A stretch of DNA of 64,000 nucleotides, taken from the NCBI RefSeq assembly GCF_046293095.1, contig NZ_JBKBPN010000008.1, positions 10,162 to 74,161 on the forward strand. Reading direction: 5' to 3'. This document shows, one piece after another, positions 39,571-49,835 of this stretch. The notes below the pieces were generated by a model. That model had not been told where the DNA came from, made no database searches, and worked only from the letters and a program-made list of their open reading frames with translations. Source of the DNA: Thermomonas sp. Lineage in GTDB: Bacteria > Pseudomonadota > Gammaproteobacteria > Xanthomonadales > Xanthomonadaceae. A program made the position numbers and the translations under genes. Position 1 is the stretch's first letter, and every line of letters starts with the position of its first letter.

Positions 39571-42036
39571 TCACGACGCTGGCCCCGTGGCAGGGCGCAG
39601 GATCGTGGCCGGATCGCCGCGGCCATCCACTGCCGCCAGCTCCGCTTCGGACAGCAGGCTGCCACGGGACTGGCCGAGGACGTGCGCAGCCGCGTCGACC
39701 ACGTGTGCCCAGGTGCTGCGGTTGGCGAACAGCAGGCCCGGCACGTCCAGCGTGCCGCCGCGGTTGACGAAGCCCAGCGCCGCGGTGGTGGCCGGGCCGG
39801 TGTCGAGCCGGCGGAGCGCGCCGAGGAAGGGCTCCGGACGGGTGTGGGTGACGAATACGCGCGGCCTGCTCACCGGGAACAGCGCCTGAACCGCGGTGTC
39901 GGAGTGCACGTACCGTGCCTCCTCCGGATCGCGCGGCGCGCGGAACCGGCCGGGCTCGGCGAGATAGACGATCGCGGCCGACACACCGCGTTCGACCAGA
40001 CGCGCCTGCGCGCGGCGCACTTCCTGCAGCTGGTACGCGCCGGTGGCTACGAGCAGGATCGCCGCCGTCGCCGGATCGCCGGCCAGGCACGTCGCTCCGA
40101 TCTCGGCCAGCGCCTTGGCCTGCTGTGGCGTCAACTCATGGGGCACCGGCCGCTTGGGGACGACCAGGGTGGTGACCGTGCCGCGTTGCGCGTAGGCGTG
40201 GGTGAGGGCTGCGGCGGCGCCGTTGGCATCGGGCGGAAACACCACGCGCGAGATGTCGGCCATCTCGCCCATGAGCGCCTCGGCCATGGTCGGATCCTGG
40301 TGCGACTGCTCGTTCTTCGAGTTTTCCCACGTGTGCGAAGTCAGCACCAGAGGCACGCCCAGCCAGCCGGGCGGGCGTCCGGCCTGCTTCTGATGGCGGG
40401 CAAAGATCAGTTCCTGGCGCACGGCGCCGAGCATCTTCGGCGCGAACGCCTCGTAGGTGACCACCAGGTTCAGCCCGCCCTTGTTGCCGAGCGCCGCGCA
40501 GACCACGGCCTCCTCGTTGAGCGCGGTGATGACCGCGCCGGTGGTCGATTCGGCGACACCGGGTTCGGGCTCGTGCACCCGGTGCTTCATCGCGTCCAGG
40601 GTGCGGTCGAGCTTGTTGCTGCGCAGCTCGTCGGGATTGCCCACGCGCACGCGCAGGCCCGGGTTCGCTTCGGCGATCGCGACAAACTGCTCGTCCAGCG
40701 CGGTCATCGGCGAGCTCTCGCCGCCGGCGCCGCGGTCGGCGATCGCCGGCACGCGGGGCGGTTCCACCTGGCGATCGGCCAGCGCATGGTCGCGCTCGCG
40801 CACCCGCTGCTGGTCATCGTGGCTGTTGAGTGCGGCGACGGCTTCCTCGAGTTCGGGGAAGGTCACGAACAGAGCTGCAGCGCCCTCATTGAAGAGCGTG
40901 CGCGCCTCTGCATCCACCGCCGGATTTCCGGGCAGGGGAAGATTGTGCGAGGCGTTGGTCCCGGCGCCGGGGAAGCCGAAGCCCTTCACGGTTTCGGCGA
41001 TGCCATAGGGCAGCCGCACGTCGGTATCGGGGACGGCGGCGCCCGCTTGCAGGCGCGATTCCATCACGTGGATGCCCCACGCGATGCTGGCCGGATCGCG
41101 CCCGTCCAGCGCGATCGGATCAAAGCCGTTCAAGCGCAGGTGCCGGTCCAACCAGCGCTCGCCGCCTTGCTGGGTGATCTGGCTGCGCTGTTCGATACGC
41201 CGCCCGTTGAGGATGATGATCGGGCTGACCAGCCCGCTGTCTTCGGCACGCCACCAGCGCGGCGCCCAGTCGCTGCCGCGCTGTTCTTCGAACGCACCGT
41301 CGCTGAGGAACGCCACCAGGCGTTCATCCTTGAGCGGCGCATGCACGTACTGAAGCTCGGCAAAGCCGAGATAGCCACCTTCCATCACGCCCCCGGCGGT
41401 ATGCGCATTGACGTGGGAGCCCAGCGGCGACGCCGGCGTCCCGTCCGGATTGAGCGTGTAGGCGTAGAAGTCGCCGACGAACCGGCTCAGTCCGGCGTCG
41501 GAGCGGTCATAGCGTTCGGCGTGCCTGTCGGTCATGTTGCCAACCAACACGTTCAGCGCGTCGATCGCGGCCACGCAGTGCCCTTGGCCCATCATCCAAG
41601 CGCGGGTGACACCATCCAGGGCGTCCATCAGGAGGTAGCCGGCGTAGGCGGGCACCATGTTGAGGGACCCGCCGGTGTGGCCTTCAGGCGTGAGCTTGAA
41701 ATCGTCGGCCTCAAGGACCGTGCCGTCGGTACGGACCCGCTGGCTGTAGGTCATGTGCGCCACCAGCCACATGCCGGCACTGGCGACGCGATCGGCCGCG
41801 GCGAGCCGCTGCCAAGCAGTGCCGGTATTGGGCGTGCGGCCCAGGGCCACCAGTTCGTCCACCATCTGGCGGACCCGCAGCTGGGTGAGCGGGTCATGCC
41901 GGATCACGCCGTAGCCGGCTGCCCAATGTGCGAACGCGCGATCAGCCTGCCGGTGGGCATCGGCCAGTTCAAGGATCCGCTGGCGCTCGGCGGCTGACAG
42001 CTGGTCGGCGGTGCAGCAGTTGGGGTGCAGGTTCAT
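39571..42036 (-). CDS. xfp: phosphoketolase (xylulose-5-P/fructose-6-P)
   Basis: 821 aa. It has a ThDP-enzyme layout with GHTGGSLN and EGGYLGF (an EGGELGY-like signature). The length and N-terminal region are typical of XFP. Confidence 0.85.
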   Translation of the reverse strand: MNLHPNCCTADQLSAAERQRILELADAHRQADRAFAHWAAGYGVIRHDPLTQLRVRQMVDELVALGRTPNTGTAWQRLAAADRVASAGMWLVAHMTYSQRVRTDGTVLEADDFKLTPEGHTGGSLNMVPAYAGYLLMDALDGVTRAWMMGQGHCVAAIDALNVLVGNMTDRHAERYDRSDAGLSRFVGDFYAYTLNPDGTPASPLGSHVNAHTAGGVMEGGYLGFAELQYVHAPLKDERLVAFLSDGAFEEQRGSDWAPRWWRAEDSGLVSPIIILNGRRIEQRSQITQQGGERWLDRHLRLNGFDPIALDGRDPASIAWGIHVMESRLQAGAAVPDTDVRLPYGIAETVKGFGFPGAGTNASHNLPLPGNPAVDAEARTLFNEGAAALFVTFPELEEAVAALNSHDDQQRVRERDHALADRQVEPPRVPAIADRGAGGESSPMTALDEQFVAIAEANPGLRVRVGNPDELRSNKLDRTLDAMKHRVHEPEPGVAESTTGAVITALNEEAVVCAALGNKGGLNLVVTYEAFAPKMLGAVRQELIFARHQKQAGRPPGWLGVPLVLTSHTWENSKNEQSHQDPTMAEALMGEMADISRVVFPPDANGAAAALTHAYAQRGTVTTLVVPKRPVPHELTPQQAKALAEIGATCLAGDPATAAILLVATGAYQLQEVRRAQARLVERGVSAAIVYLAEPGRFRAPRDPEEARYVHSDTAVQALFPVSRPRVFVTHTRPEPFLGALRRLDTGPATTAALGFVNRGGTLDVPGLLFANRSTWAHVVDAAAHVLGQSRGSLLSEAELAAVDGRGDPATILRPATGPAS

Positions 42037-43424
42037 GGGGTCTCCGGGGAATCCAGTGCAACGCGGTCCAGGTGCTCCGGCACGCGCGCGCGCCAGCCCA
42101 GTTCGCGTTGCACGCGCCCGCGCAACGTGTCGGCTGCATCGGGCTCGCCGTGGGTGAGGTAAACGACGCGCGGCGCAGACGGTGCGGTGCGCATCCAGTC
42201 CAGCAGCTCGCCCGCATCGGCGTGGCCGGAGAAGCCTTCCAGCTGCACTACCTCGGCGCGAATGGAAACCTCGCGGCCGAACATGCGCAATGTTCGCTTT
42301 CCCGCCGCCAGCGCGGCACCGCGTGTTCCACCGGCTTGGTAGCCCGCCAGCAAGATCGCGTTGCGGTCATCCTGGCCGAACGCCTCGACGTGGTGCAGCA
42401 CGCGCCCGCCGGTGATCATGCCACTGGCCGAGATGATGATCATCGGCCCGCGCTGGCGGTTGAGCGCCTTGGACTCATCCACAGTGTTGACGAAGGTGGC
42501 GACCTCAAACATCCGCTGGCAGTCCTCTTGAGACACGCGATGCTCGGAATGGTGAGCGTGGTAGAGGCCGGTGGCGTTGGCCGCCATCGGACTGTTGAGG
42601 TAGACCGGTATCCGAGGGATCTCTCCGCGCTCGCGCAGCCGGGCGATATGCAACATAAGTGTCTGGGCGCGACCGACAGCGAACGCCGGGATGACGATCA
42701 CACCGCCACGGGCAGCCACGCGGCGGATGATCGGCGCGAGTTCCGCCTCTTGGTCGATCGCAACGTGTTCGCGATTGCCATAGGTGGATTCGCAGACCAG
42801 CACGTCACAGGCGGGCAGGGGGGTCGGCGGATTCATCAGCGACTCCTGCTGCCGCCCGAGGTCGCCACTGAAATGCAGGCGCTGGCCCTGCGCGTCCACG
42901 CTGACGTGGGCAGCGCCCAGGATGTGGCCGGCGGGATGGAAGCGGACTGTGATGCCCGGTGCGACCTCGACATCGCGCTCGTAGTCATGCCCCTTGAGCT
43001 GCTTCAGGCTGCGGTGAGCATCGTCTTCGGTGTACAGCGGCCGTGGTTCCTTGTGCTTGGAATAGCCCTTGCGCGCGGCGTATTTCGCCTCTTCTTCGAG
43101 CAGGTGCCCGCTGTCGGGCAGCAGCAGACCGCACAGGGCCACGCTGCCGTAGGTGCAGTGGATCCGGCCGCGGAACCCCTGCTTGACCAGCGCCGGCAGA
43201 TAGCCCGAATGGTCAAGGTGGGCGTGGGTCAGGACGACCGCGTCGATGGTCGAAGGGTCGACCGGAAACGGCGCCCAGTTGCGCTCGCGCAATTGCTTGT
43301 AGCCCTGGAACAGGCCGCAGTCGACCAGCACGCGCTGGCCGTTGGCCTCGACTAGATAGCGCGAGCCGGTGACGGTGCCGGCGGCGCCGAGGAACTGCAG
43401 GGTGGGGCTGGAATACGTTGCCAT
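42033..43424 (-). CDS. MBL-fold metallo-hydrolase, beta-CASP/RNA-metabolising type
   Basis: LQFLGAAGTVTGS, HAHLDHSG (HxHxDH) and a beta-CASP-like middle region, followed by a C-terminal domain. 4-nt overlap with xfp. Confidence 0.8.
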   Translation of the reverse strand: MATYSSPTLQFLGAAGTVTGSRYLVEANGQRVLVDCGLFQGYKQLRERNWAPFPVDPSTIDAVVLTHAHLDHSGYLPALVKQGFRGRIHCTYGSVALCGLLLPDSGHLLEEEAKYAARKGYSKHKEPRPLYTEDDAHRSLKQLKGHDYERDVEVAPGITVRFHPAGHILGAAHVSVDAQGQRLHFSGDLGRQQESLMNPPTPLPACDVLVCESTYGNREHVAIDQEAELAPIIRRVAARGGVIVIPAFAVGRAQTLMLHIARLRERGEIPRIPVYLNSPMAANATGLYHAHHSEHRVSQEDCQRMFEVATFVNTVDESKALNRQRGPMIIISASGMITGGRVLHHVEAFGQDDRNAILLAGYQAGGTRGAALAAGKRTLRMFGREVSIRAEVVQLEGFSGHADAGELLDWMRTAPSAPRVVYLTHGEPDAADTLRGRVQRELGWRARVPEHLDRVALDSPETP

Positions 43425-43503
43425 GACGTGACTCCTGTTCGCGAAGGAAGTGATTGCAAATGACATGACGGACCGCCGCGGATCCTCGTCACTGCGCGCC
43501 CGG

Positions 43504-43923
43504 TCAGGGGCGAACCAGCTCCACCGTGTCGTTGACCTTGGGGCTGCCGGCGATCACCTCAGCCTCCGCGTAGTGACCGTCGAACAGCCCGGTGATGCGC
43601 ACCTGACCGACGGATTCCCGGCGATAACGTGGCCCGACATCCCGTGGACCGCGATTACGGCGCTTGTGCCGGATCACTTCCAACACCTGTCCGACCTGGG
43701 CGCCGTCGGCCTGTCCGACGCAGACGACAAGCGTTTGGTCCTCTTTCTCCAGCACTTGGCCGCGCATCAAGACGTTGTGGCGGAAGCCGCCCTCGTTCGC
43801 GGACGCGACACCCGGCGCTGCGAACGAGAAGGCGAGTGCGCCAGCCATCGCCAGCGCGGCGAACCAGCGGTAGGGATTCGTACGTGGGGCTGCGGAACAG
43901 GCAACGGGTGTGACCGTATTCAT
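43504..43923 (-). CDS. hypothetical exported protein
   Basis: It has a signal-like segment, WFAALAMAGALAFSFAAPGVASA. An alternative GTG start at 44052 (GTGA overlap with the upstream gene) would give 182 aa. Confidence 0.5.
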   Translation of the reverse strand: MNTVTPVACSAAPRTNPYRWFAALAMAGALAFSFAAPGVASANEGGFRHNVLMRGQVLEKEDQTLVVCVGQADGAQVGQVLEVIRHKRRNRGPRDVGPRYRRESVGQVRITGLFDGHYAEAEVIAGSPKVNDTVELVRP

Positions 43924-44048
43924 TGAGCGGACTCCTTGGATGGGGCTTGAATGGAAACGACGATCGGGGACAAGAGCCAGAACGGAAGAGACATGCAGGT
44001 CGATAACTGGAACGGCCAAACGCTTTTCAGGCAGTTCCTCAACCTGGG

Positions 44049-44714
44049 TCACCGGGTTCCTCCCGCCGATGGGGCGGGGGCGCGCCGACGTCGCGGAATG
44101 AAGGCGGGGATCTCCTGCATGTAGCTGACGTAATCATTGCCGAAACGGCTCAGGCAGTCTTTTTCCTCACGGCGCGCGAGGCGGGCATAGGCCCACACGA
44201 GCACCGGATAGCTGGCGAGTGTGAGCAGCGTGGGCCACTGCAGCAGGAAGCCAGTCAACACCAGCACGAAGGCGACGTACTGCGGGTGGCGCATGCGGGC
44301 ATACACGCCCTCTCGAGTTATCCGGCCCTCGCGCTGTGCCCGATACAGCACGGGCCAGGAAGCCGACAGCAGCCAGAAGCCACCGCCGATCAGGAAGAGG
44401 CTCGCGACGTGGAATGGACCAAAATGCGGGTTGGCGCGCCAGCCGAACCACATCTCGAACAGGTGGCCCGCGTCGTGACTGAGCCAATTGACCTGCGGAT
44501 AGTTGGCGCTGAGCCAGCCGCCCAGAACGTAGAGCGTCAGCGGGAAGCCATACATTTCCGCAAACAGCGCCACGATGAAGGCGGAGAACATTCCGAACCC
44601 CCGCCAGTCCCACCGGGTCAACGGCTTGTAGAAGCTCCAGGCGAAGAAGATGAAGAACGCGGCGTTGACGGCCGCAAGGAGCCAGAGGCCATAGCCATCT
44701 TCAGATGCATGCAT
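44049..44714 (-). CDS. isoprenylcysteine carboxyl methyltransferase (ICMT/PEMT)-family membrane protein
   Basis: Multi-TM protein with a C-terminal GVYARMRHPQYVAFVL motif (RHPxY). Start chosen at the ATG at 44712-44714, directly after the DUF2933 stop. The upstream ATG at 44750 is also possible. Confidence 0.75.
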   Translation of the reverse strand: MHASEDGYGLWLLAAVNAAFFIFFAWSFYKPLTRWDWRGFGMFSAFIVALFAEMYGFPLTLYVLGGWLSANYPQVNWLSHDAGHLFEMWFGWRANPHFGPFHVASLFLIGGGFWLLSASWPVLYRAQREGRITREGVYARMRHPQYVAFVLVLTGFLLQWPTLLTLASYPVLVWAYARLARREEKDCLSRFGNDYVSYMQEIPAFIPRRRRAPAPSAGGTR

Positions 44715-44715
44715 G

Positions 44716-45024
44716 TCAGTGTCCTCTGTGTGAGGTGTCGGACCTTTCATCGGTCATTGCAGGCTTGCCACGGGTGTCGGGGCTGCCATTGGGTGTGTCG
44801 TCGGCATTGCCGCCGCGCCCGTGACCTCCATGCCCGCCATGTCCTTTGTGCATGAACATGTGCATGAACGGGCACAGCAGCAGGATGGCCAGCGGCAACC
44901 AGCGGAGCGTTCCCGCAAGGTGGGCGCGGTGCTCGAAGCCGAGATAGAACAAGGCCAGCACCAAGAACATCCAGAAGACCCAACGTCGGGACCCGGTCGC
45001 GTTTTGTGTAGGTTTGGCAGTCAT
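44716..45024 (-). CDS. DUF2933-like small membrane protein with His/Gly-rich tail
   Basis: Two TM helices, LLLCPFMHMFMHKGHGGHGGHG. This pattern often accompanies metal-efflux genes. Confidence 0.65.
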   Translation of the reverse strand: MTAKPTQNATGSRRWVFWMFLVLALFYLGFEHRAHLAGTLRWLPLAILLLCPFMHMFMHKGHGGHGGHGRGGNADDTPNGSPDTRGKPAMTDERSDTSHRGH

Positions 45025-45142
45025 GACGATCCCCTCGGGAAGCGGCGATGGATCACATTCCTCCGGCCGCGCCGCAGACGACCGGAAGAACGGCTCCGCG
45101 CGTGCGCGGACCGCCCTGGATCAGGTGCGTGGAAAGTGGGCA

Positions 45143-48100
45143 TCACGGCCCGTCCACGGGCAGTGCGGCAGGTGCCGGCGGCTTCCTGGCCAGTTGCCGC
45201 TGCTTGATCAGCGAGTACAGCGCCGGAATCACCGCCAACGTCAGGATGGTCGACGAGACCATCCCGCCCACCATCGGTGCGGCGATGCGGCGCATGACCT
45301 CGGAGCCGGTGCCGCTGCTCCACATGATCGGCAGCAGGCCGGCCATGATCGCGACCACGGTCATCATCTTCGGGCGCACGCGGTCGACCGCGCCTTCAAT
45401 GATCGCTTCGCGCAGGTCCCGTGCATCCAGCGGGCGGCCTTCGGCCTGCCGCTGCGCGGCGCGCACCTCCAGTGCGTGGTCGAGGTAGATCAGCATCACC
45501 ACGCCGGTTTCCGCGGCGACGCCGGCCAATGCAATGAAGCCCACGATAACCGCGACGCTGGTGTTGTAGTCGAGCAGCCACATCAGCCAGATACCGCCGA
45601 CCAGGGCGAACGGCACCGACAGCATCACGATCAGCGACTCGGTGACGCGGCGGAAGTTGAGGTACAGCAGCAGGAAAATCAGCGCCAGCGTCACCGGAAT
45701 GACGACCCGCATTTTTTCGGCGGCGCGCTGCATGTACTCGTATTGACCGCTCCAGGTCACGTAGTAGCCCGATGGGAACTGCACCTGTCGAGTGACCGCT
45801 TCCTGCGCCGCCTTCACGTAGCGGCCGAGGTCGCTTTCGCGGGTATCGACATAGATGTATGCGGCCAGCATGGCGTTCTCGGTGCGGATGCTGGGCGCCC
45901 CTTTCCTAACCTCGATCTTCGCCAACTCGCCGAGCGGCACCTGCGCACCGCCGGGCACCGGCACCAGCACCTGGGTCCCGATGCGCTGCGGGTCGTCGCG
46001 CAGTTCGCGCGGATAGCGCACGATCGCGCTGAAACGCTCGCGGCCCTGCAGGATGGTGGTGACCATCTCGCCACCCAGCGCGGCCGCCACCACGTCCTGC
46101 ACCTCGCCCAGGGTCACTCCGTATTGAGCCAGGCTGGCCAGGTCTGGGGTGATGTCGAGGTAGTAGGCACCGGTCAGGCGTTCGGCGAAGGCGCTGGTCG
46201 TCCCCGGCACCTGCCGCACCACGGCTTCGATCTCGGTGGCCAGGGCTTCCAGCTGGTCCAGGTTGTTGCCGAAGATCTTGATGCCCACGGGCGTTCGGAT
46301 GCCCGTGGCCAGCATGTCGGTGCGGGCTTTGATCGGCATCGTCCAGGAGTTGGCGACACCCGGGAACTTCAGCGCCGCGTCCATCTCGGCAATGAGCTTG
46401 TCGGTGGTCATGCCGTCGCGCCACTGGTCCTCGGGCTTGAGGTTGATGACGGTTTCGAACATTTCCAGCGGCGCCGGATCGGTGGCGGTCAGGGCGCGCC
46501 CCGCCTTGCCGAACACCGATTCCACTTCCGGGAAACCCTTGATGACCCGGTCCTGCTGCTGCAGCAGCTCGGAGGCCTTGGTCACCGACATGCCCGGCAG
46601 CGACGCAGGCATGTACAGCAGCGTGCCCTCGTTGAGCGTGGGCATGAACTCGCTGCCTACGCGCGATGCCGGCCACAGGCTGGCGAACAGGGCGACCAGC
46701 GCGAGCACGATCGTGGCCATGCGGTGCCGCAGCACGACGTCGATCACCGGTCGATAAGCCGCGACCAGGAACCGGTTCATCGGGTTCTTGTGCTCGGGCA
46801 CGATCTTGCCGCGCACGAACAGCAGCATGAGCACCGGCACCAGCGTCACCGACAGCAGCGCGCCTCCGGCCATGGCGAAGGTCTTGGTGAACGCGAGCGG
46901 CTTGAACAGGCGGCCTTCCTGCGCCTCCAGCGCGAACACCGGCAGGAACGAGACGGTGATGATCATCAGGCTGAAGAACAGCGCCGGCCCGACTTCGCGG
47001 CAGGCGTCGATGATCAGCTGGGTGCGGCTGCGAGAGCCATCGGAGCGCTCGATGTGCTTGTGCGCGTTCTCGATCATCACGATCGCCGCGTCGACCATCA
47101 CGCCGATCGAGATTGCGATGCCTCCCAAGCTCATGATGTTGGAGTTCATGCCCAGCACACGCATCGCGATCACCGCGATCAACACGCCGACCGGCAGCAT
47201 GACGATCGCCACCAGCGCGCTGCGCGCATGGAACAGGAACATCAGGCACACCAGGGCGACGATCAGGCTCTCCTCGAGCAGGGTCGTGCGCAGGGTCTTG
47301 ATCGCACGCACGATGAGATCGGACCGGTCGTAGACCGCCTGCACGCTGACGCCCTCCGGCAGTCCGCGCGCAAGCTGGGCGATCTTGTCCTTCACCCCAC
47401 CGATCACGGCCAGGGCGTTCTCGCCGAATCGCGCAATCACGATCCCGCCCACCACGTCGCCTTTGCCGTCCAGGTCGGCGATCCCGCGGCGCTCATCGGG
47501 CACAAGCTCGACCCGGGCAACATCGCCTATCAGCACCGGTGCGCCGCCTTCGGCGCGCAGCACCAGGTTCTCGATGTCCTCGATGCCGCGCAGGTAGCCA
47601 CGGCCCCGCACCATGTACTCGGTCTCGGCCATTTCGATCACACGGCCGCCAACGTCGCGGTTGCTCGCGGCGATCACCTCGGACACCCGCGAAATCGGGA
47701 TGTCGAACGCGCGCAGCCGCACCGGATCGACGGTGATCGAGTACTGGCGCACGAAGCCACCGACGCTGGCGACCTCGGCCACCCCGGGCGCGGTGGTCAG
47801 CTGGTAGCGCAGATACCAGTCCTGCATCGCGCGCAGTTCGTCCAGCGAGTGGCGGTCACTCTTGAGGACGTACTGATAGACCCAACCCACGCCGGTGGCG
47901 TCAGGGCCGAGTGCGGGTGCCACGCCGGGCGGCAGGTTCTTCGACGCGACGTTGAGGTTTTCGAGCACGCGCGAGCGCGCCCAGTACAGGTCCGTACCTT
48001 CCTCGAAGATGACGTAGATGAAGGAGGCGCCGAAGAACGAGAAGCCGCGGACGTCTCGCGATTTCGGAACTGCGAGCAGGGCGCTGGTCAGCGGATAGGT

Positions 48101-48295
48101 GACCTGATCCTCGACCACCTGGGGCGCCTGCCCTGGGTACTCGGTGAACACGATCACCTGTACGTCCGAGAGGTCCGGCTGGGCGTCCAGCGGCGTGTTC
48201 GTCAGCGCGTAGATGCCACCGGCGACGATCGCCAGCGCCATCACCAGCACCAGGAAGACGTTGCGTACCGACCATTCAATGAGACGGCCAAGCAT
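45143..48295 (-). CDS. cusA: Cu(I)/Ag(I) RND efflux transporter
   Basis: The N-terminal ~140 aa are co-linear with E. coli CusA (PDLSDVQVI..T.YPGQAPQ.VE.QVTYPLT...GTD.YWARSRVLE.LN...GPDATGVGW.Y.Y). Start at the ATG at 48293-48295, next to the cusB stop. Confidence 0.9.
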   Translation of the reverse strand: MLGRLIEWSVRNVFLVLVMALAIVAGGIYALTNTPLDAQPDLSDVQVIVFTEYPGQAPQVVEDQVTYPLTSALLAVPKSRDVRGFSFFGASFIYVIFEEGTDLYWARSRVLENLNVASKNLPPGVAPALGPDATGVGWVYQYVLKSDRHSLDELRAMQDWYLRYQLTTAPGVAEVASVGGFVRQYSITVDPVRLRAFDIPISRVSEVIAASNRDVGGRVIEMAETEYMVRGRGYLRGIEDIENLVLRAEGGAPVLIGDVARVELVPDERRGIADLDGKGDVVGGIVIARFGENALAVIGGVKDKIAQLARGLPEGVSVQAVYDRSDLIVRAIKTLRTTLLEESLIVALVCLMFLFHARSALVAIVMLPVGVLIAVIAMRVLGMNSNIMSLGGIAISIGVMVDAAIVMIENAHKHIERSDGSRSRTQLIIDACREVGPALFFSLMIITVSFLPVFALEAQEGRLFKPLAFTKTFAMAGGALLSVTLVPVLMLLFVRGKIVPEHKNPMNRFLVAAYRPVIDVVLRHRMATIVLALVALFASLWPASRVGSEFMPTLNEGTLLYMPASLPGMSVTKASELLQQQDRVIKGFPEVESVFGKAGRALTATDPAPLEMFETVINLKPEDQWRDGMTTDKLIAEMDAALKFPGVANSWTMPIKARTDMLATGIRTPVGIKIFGNNLDQLEALATEIEAVVRQVPGTTSAFAERLTGAYYLDITPDLASLAQYGVTLGEVQDVVAAALGGEMVTTILQGRERFSAIVRYPRELRDDPQRIGTQVLVPVPGGAQVPLGELAKIEVRKGAPSIRTENAMLAAYIYVDTRESDLGRYVKAAQEAVTRQVQFPSGYYVTWSGQYEYMQRAAEKMRVVIPVTLALIFLLLYLNFRRVTESLIVMLSVPFALVGGIWLMWLLDYNTSVAVIVGFIALAGVAAETGVVMLIYLDHALEVRAAQRQAEGRPLDARDLREAIIEGAVDRVRPKMMTVVAIMAGLLPIMWSSGTGSEVMRRIAAPMVGGMVSSTILTLAVIPALYSLIKQRQLARKPPAPAALPVDGP

Positions 48296-48296
48296 G

Positions 48297-49835
48297 TCAG
48301 TGCCCCTCGTGCCCGGTGGGGGAAGTAGGTGCGGCGTGGTCGCCCATCGTCCCGTGGCCGCCATGGCCGCCATGGCCGTCTTGGCCGGCGGGTGCGTCAA
48401 GGGCGCTGGCGGGAGCCGGCGCATCCGCCGGCGCCGCAGGCATGGCATGGCCGGCATGTGGGTCAGCCGCCTCCTCGCTGTGCCCGGCGTGCGGATCCGC
48501 TGCCTCGGCACCATGGCCGGCGTGCGGGTCGGCGGCGCCATCGCCTGACTGTTCGCGCTGCGGATCTTCACTGGTGCCGGAGGGCGACCCGTGTCCTGCG
48601 TGACCCTCAAGCCCCTTGAGTGCCGACTGCAGGTTGCTCTCGGCGTCGATCAGGAAGTTGGCGGACACCACGACCTGTTCGCCTTCAGACAACCCGTCGA
48701 GGATCTCGATGCGCTCGCCGCCGCGACGACCCAGGGTCACGTCGCGCGGTACAAAACGGCCCGCGCCGGTCTCAACCAGCACCATCTGGCGCGTGCCGCT
48801 GTCCAGCACGGCCGAACGCGGAACGGTGAGCACCGGGCCGGTTCCCGGCGCCTCGAGCAGCACCGTCCCGTAGAGCCCGGGCCGCAGGTCGCCGTTGGGA
48901 TTGGGCAATGCGATGCGCACGTCCACGGTGCGCGTCATTGCATCGATGACGGGCTGCACGAAGGTGACCTTGCCCTTGGCCACTTGGCCTGGCAGGGCTA
49001 CGGTTTCAAAGCGGGCGGGCTGGCCGATTGCTATGCCCGCGGCCTGCGCCGCCGGCACCTTGGCGACCACCCACACCATCGACAGGTCGGCCAGGCGCAG
49101 GATGGTCTCGCCCGCCTCGAACCGGGCGCCCTGGACCACCGGTTTTTCGATCACCACCGCATTTGCCGGCGCGGTGAGGATCAGGGCCTTCTTGCCCATC
49201 TGCGCATTGCTGATTTCCCAGTTGCGCAGGCGGGTACGGGCGGCATCGCGTAGGCGGGTCATCGATGCCGCGCTGGCGGGATCGGATCCGGCCAGCCTGC
49301 GGGCGGTCTCGTCAGCGAGCCTGTATTCCTGCTGCGCCGCAGCCAACTGCGGGCTGTAGACGGATAGCAGCGGCTGCCCGGCGCGGACCCGCATGCCGGT
49401 CTGGTTCGCGTACAGCCGCTCCACCCAGCCTTCGAAGCGCGGGGCAATGACGTACTGTCGGGTCTCGTCGACCTCGACCGTGCCGCTGGTGCGCACGGTG
49501 GCGGACAGTGCCCCGCGCGTAACCGCTTCCGTGCGCACGCCCAGCGCCTGCACCTTGTCCGGCGGCAGCACCACCGTGCCCGGCGCCGCCGGCGGCGCGT
49601 CGTCGGCATAGACCGGAACGTAGTCCATGCCCATCGGATCCTTCTTCGGCACCGGCGAGGTGTCGGGGAGCCCCATGGGATTTCGGTAATAAAGCACCTT
49701 GCGCTCCGCGGCAGGCGCCTCGGCGGATGTAGCTGCGGTCGGCGAATCGTTGGTCGCGCGGCCGGCCATCCAGCCTGTGGTGAGGGCGGCGAGTGCGACG
49801 CCGATGGCGAGCGACAGGGTCTGGACACGGGTCAT
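48297..49835 (-). CDS. cusB: Cu/Ag RND periplasmic adaptor with extended His-rich C-terminal tail
   Basis: The MFP core (MGLPDTSPVPKKDPMGMDYVPVY...) is followed by ~100 aa containing three ADPHAGH repeats and a GHGGHGGHG run. Confidence 0.85.
   Translation of the reverse strand: MTRVQTLSLAIGVALAALTTGWMAGRATNDSPTAATSAEAPAAERKVLYYRNPMGLPDTSPVPKKDPMGMDYVPVYADDAPPAAPGTVVLPPDKVQALGVRTEAVTRGALSATVRTSGTVEVDETRQYVIAPRFEGWVERLYANQTGMRVRAGQPLLSVYSPQLAAAQQEYRLADETARRLAGSDPASAASMTRLRDAARTRLRNWEISNAQMGKKALILTAPANAVVIEKPVVQGARFEAGETILRLADLSMVWVVAKVPAAQAAGIAIGQPARFETVALPGQVAKGKVTFVQPVIDAMTRTVDVRIALPNPNGDLRPGLYGTVLLEAPGTGPVLTVPRSAVLDSGTRQMVLVETGAGRFVPRDVTLGRRGGERIEILDGLSEGEQVVVSANFLIDAESNLQSALKGLEGHAGHGSPSGTSEDPQREQSGDGAADPHAGHGAEAADPHAGHSEEAADPHAGHAMPAAPADAPAPASALDAPAGQDGHGGHGGHGTMGDHAAPTSPTGHEGH

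Noticed and set aside
48400-48560. Short tandem DNA repeats that might be a CRISPR or VNTR locus.
   Set aside because: The repeats are in frame within cusB and encode the ADPHAGH units of the His-rich tail. There is no spacer-repeat architecture.
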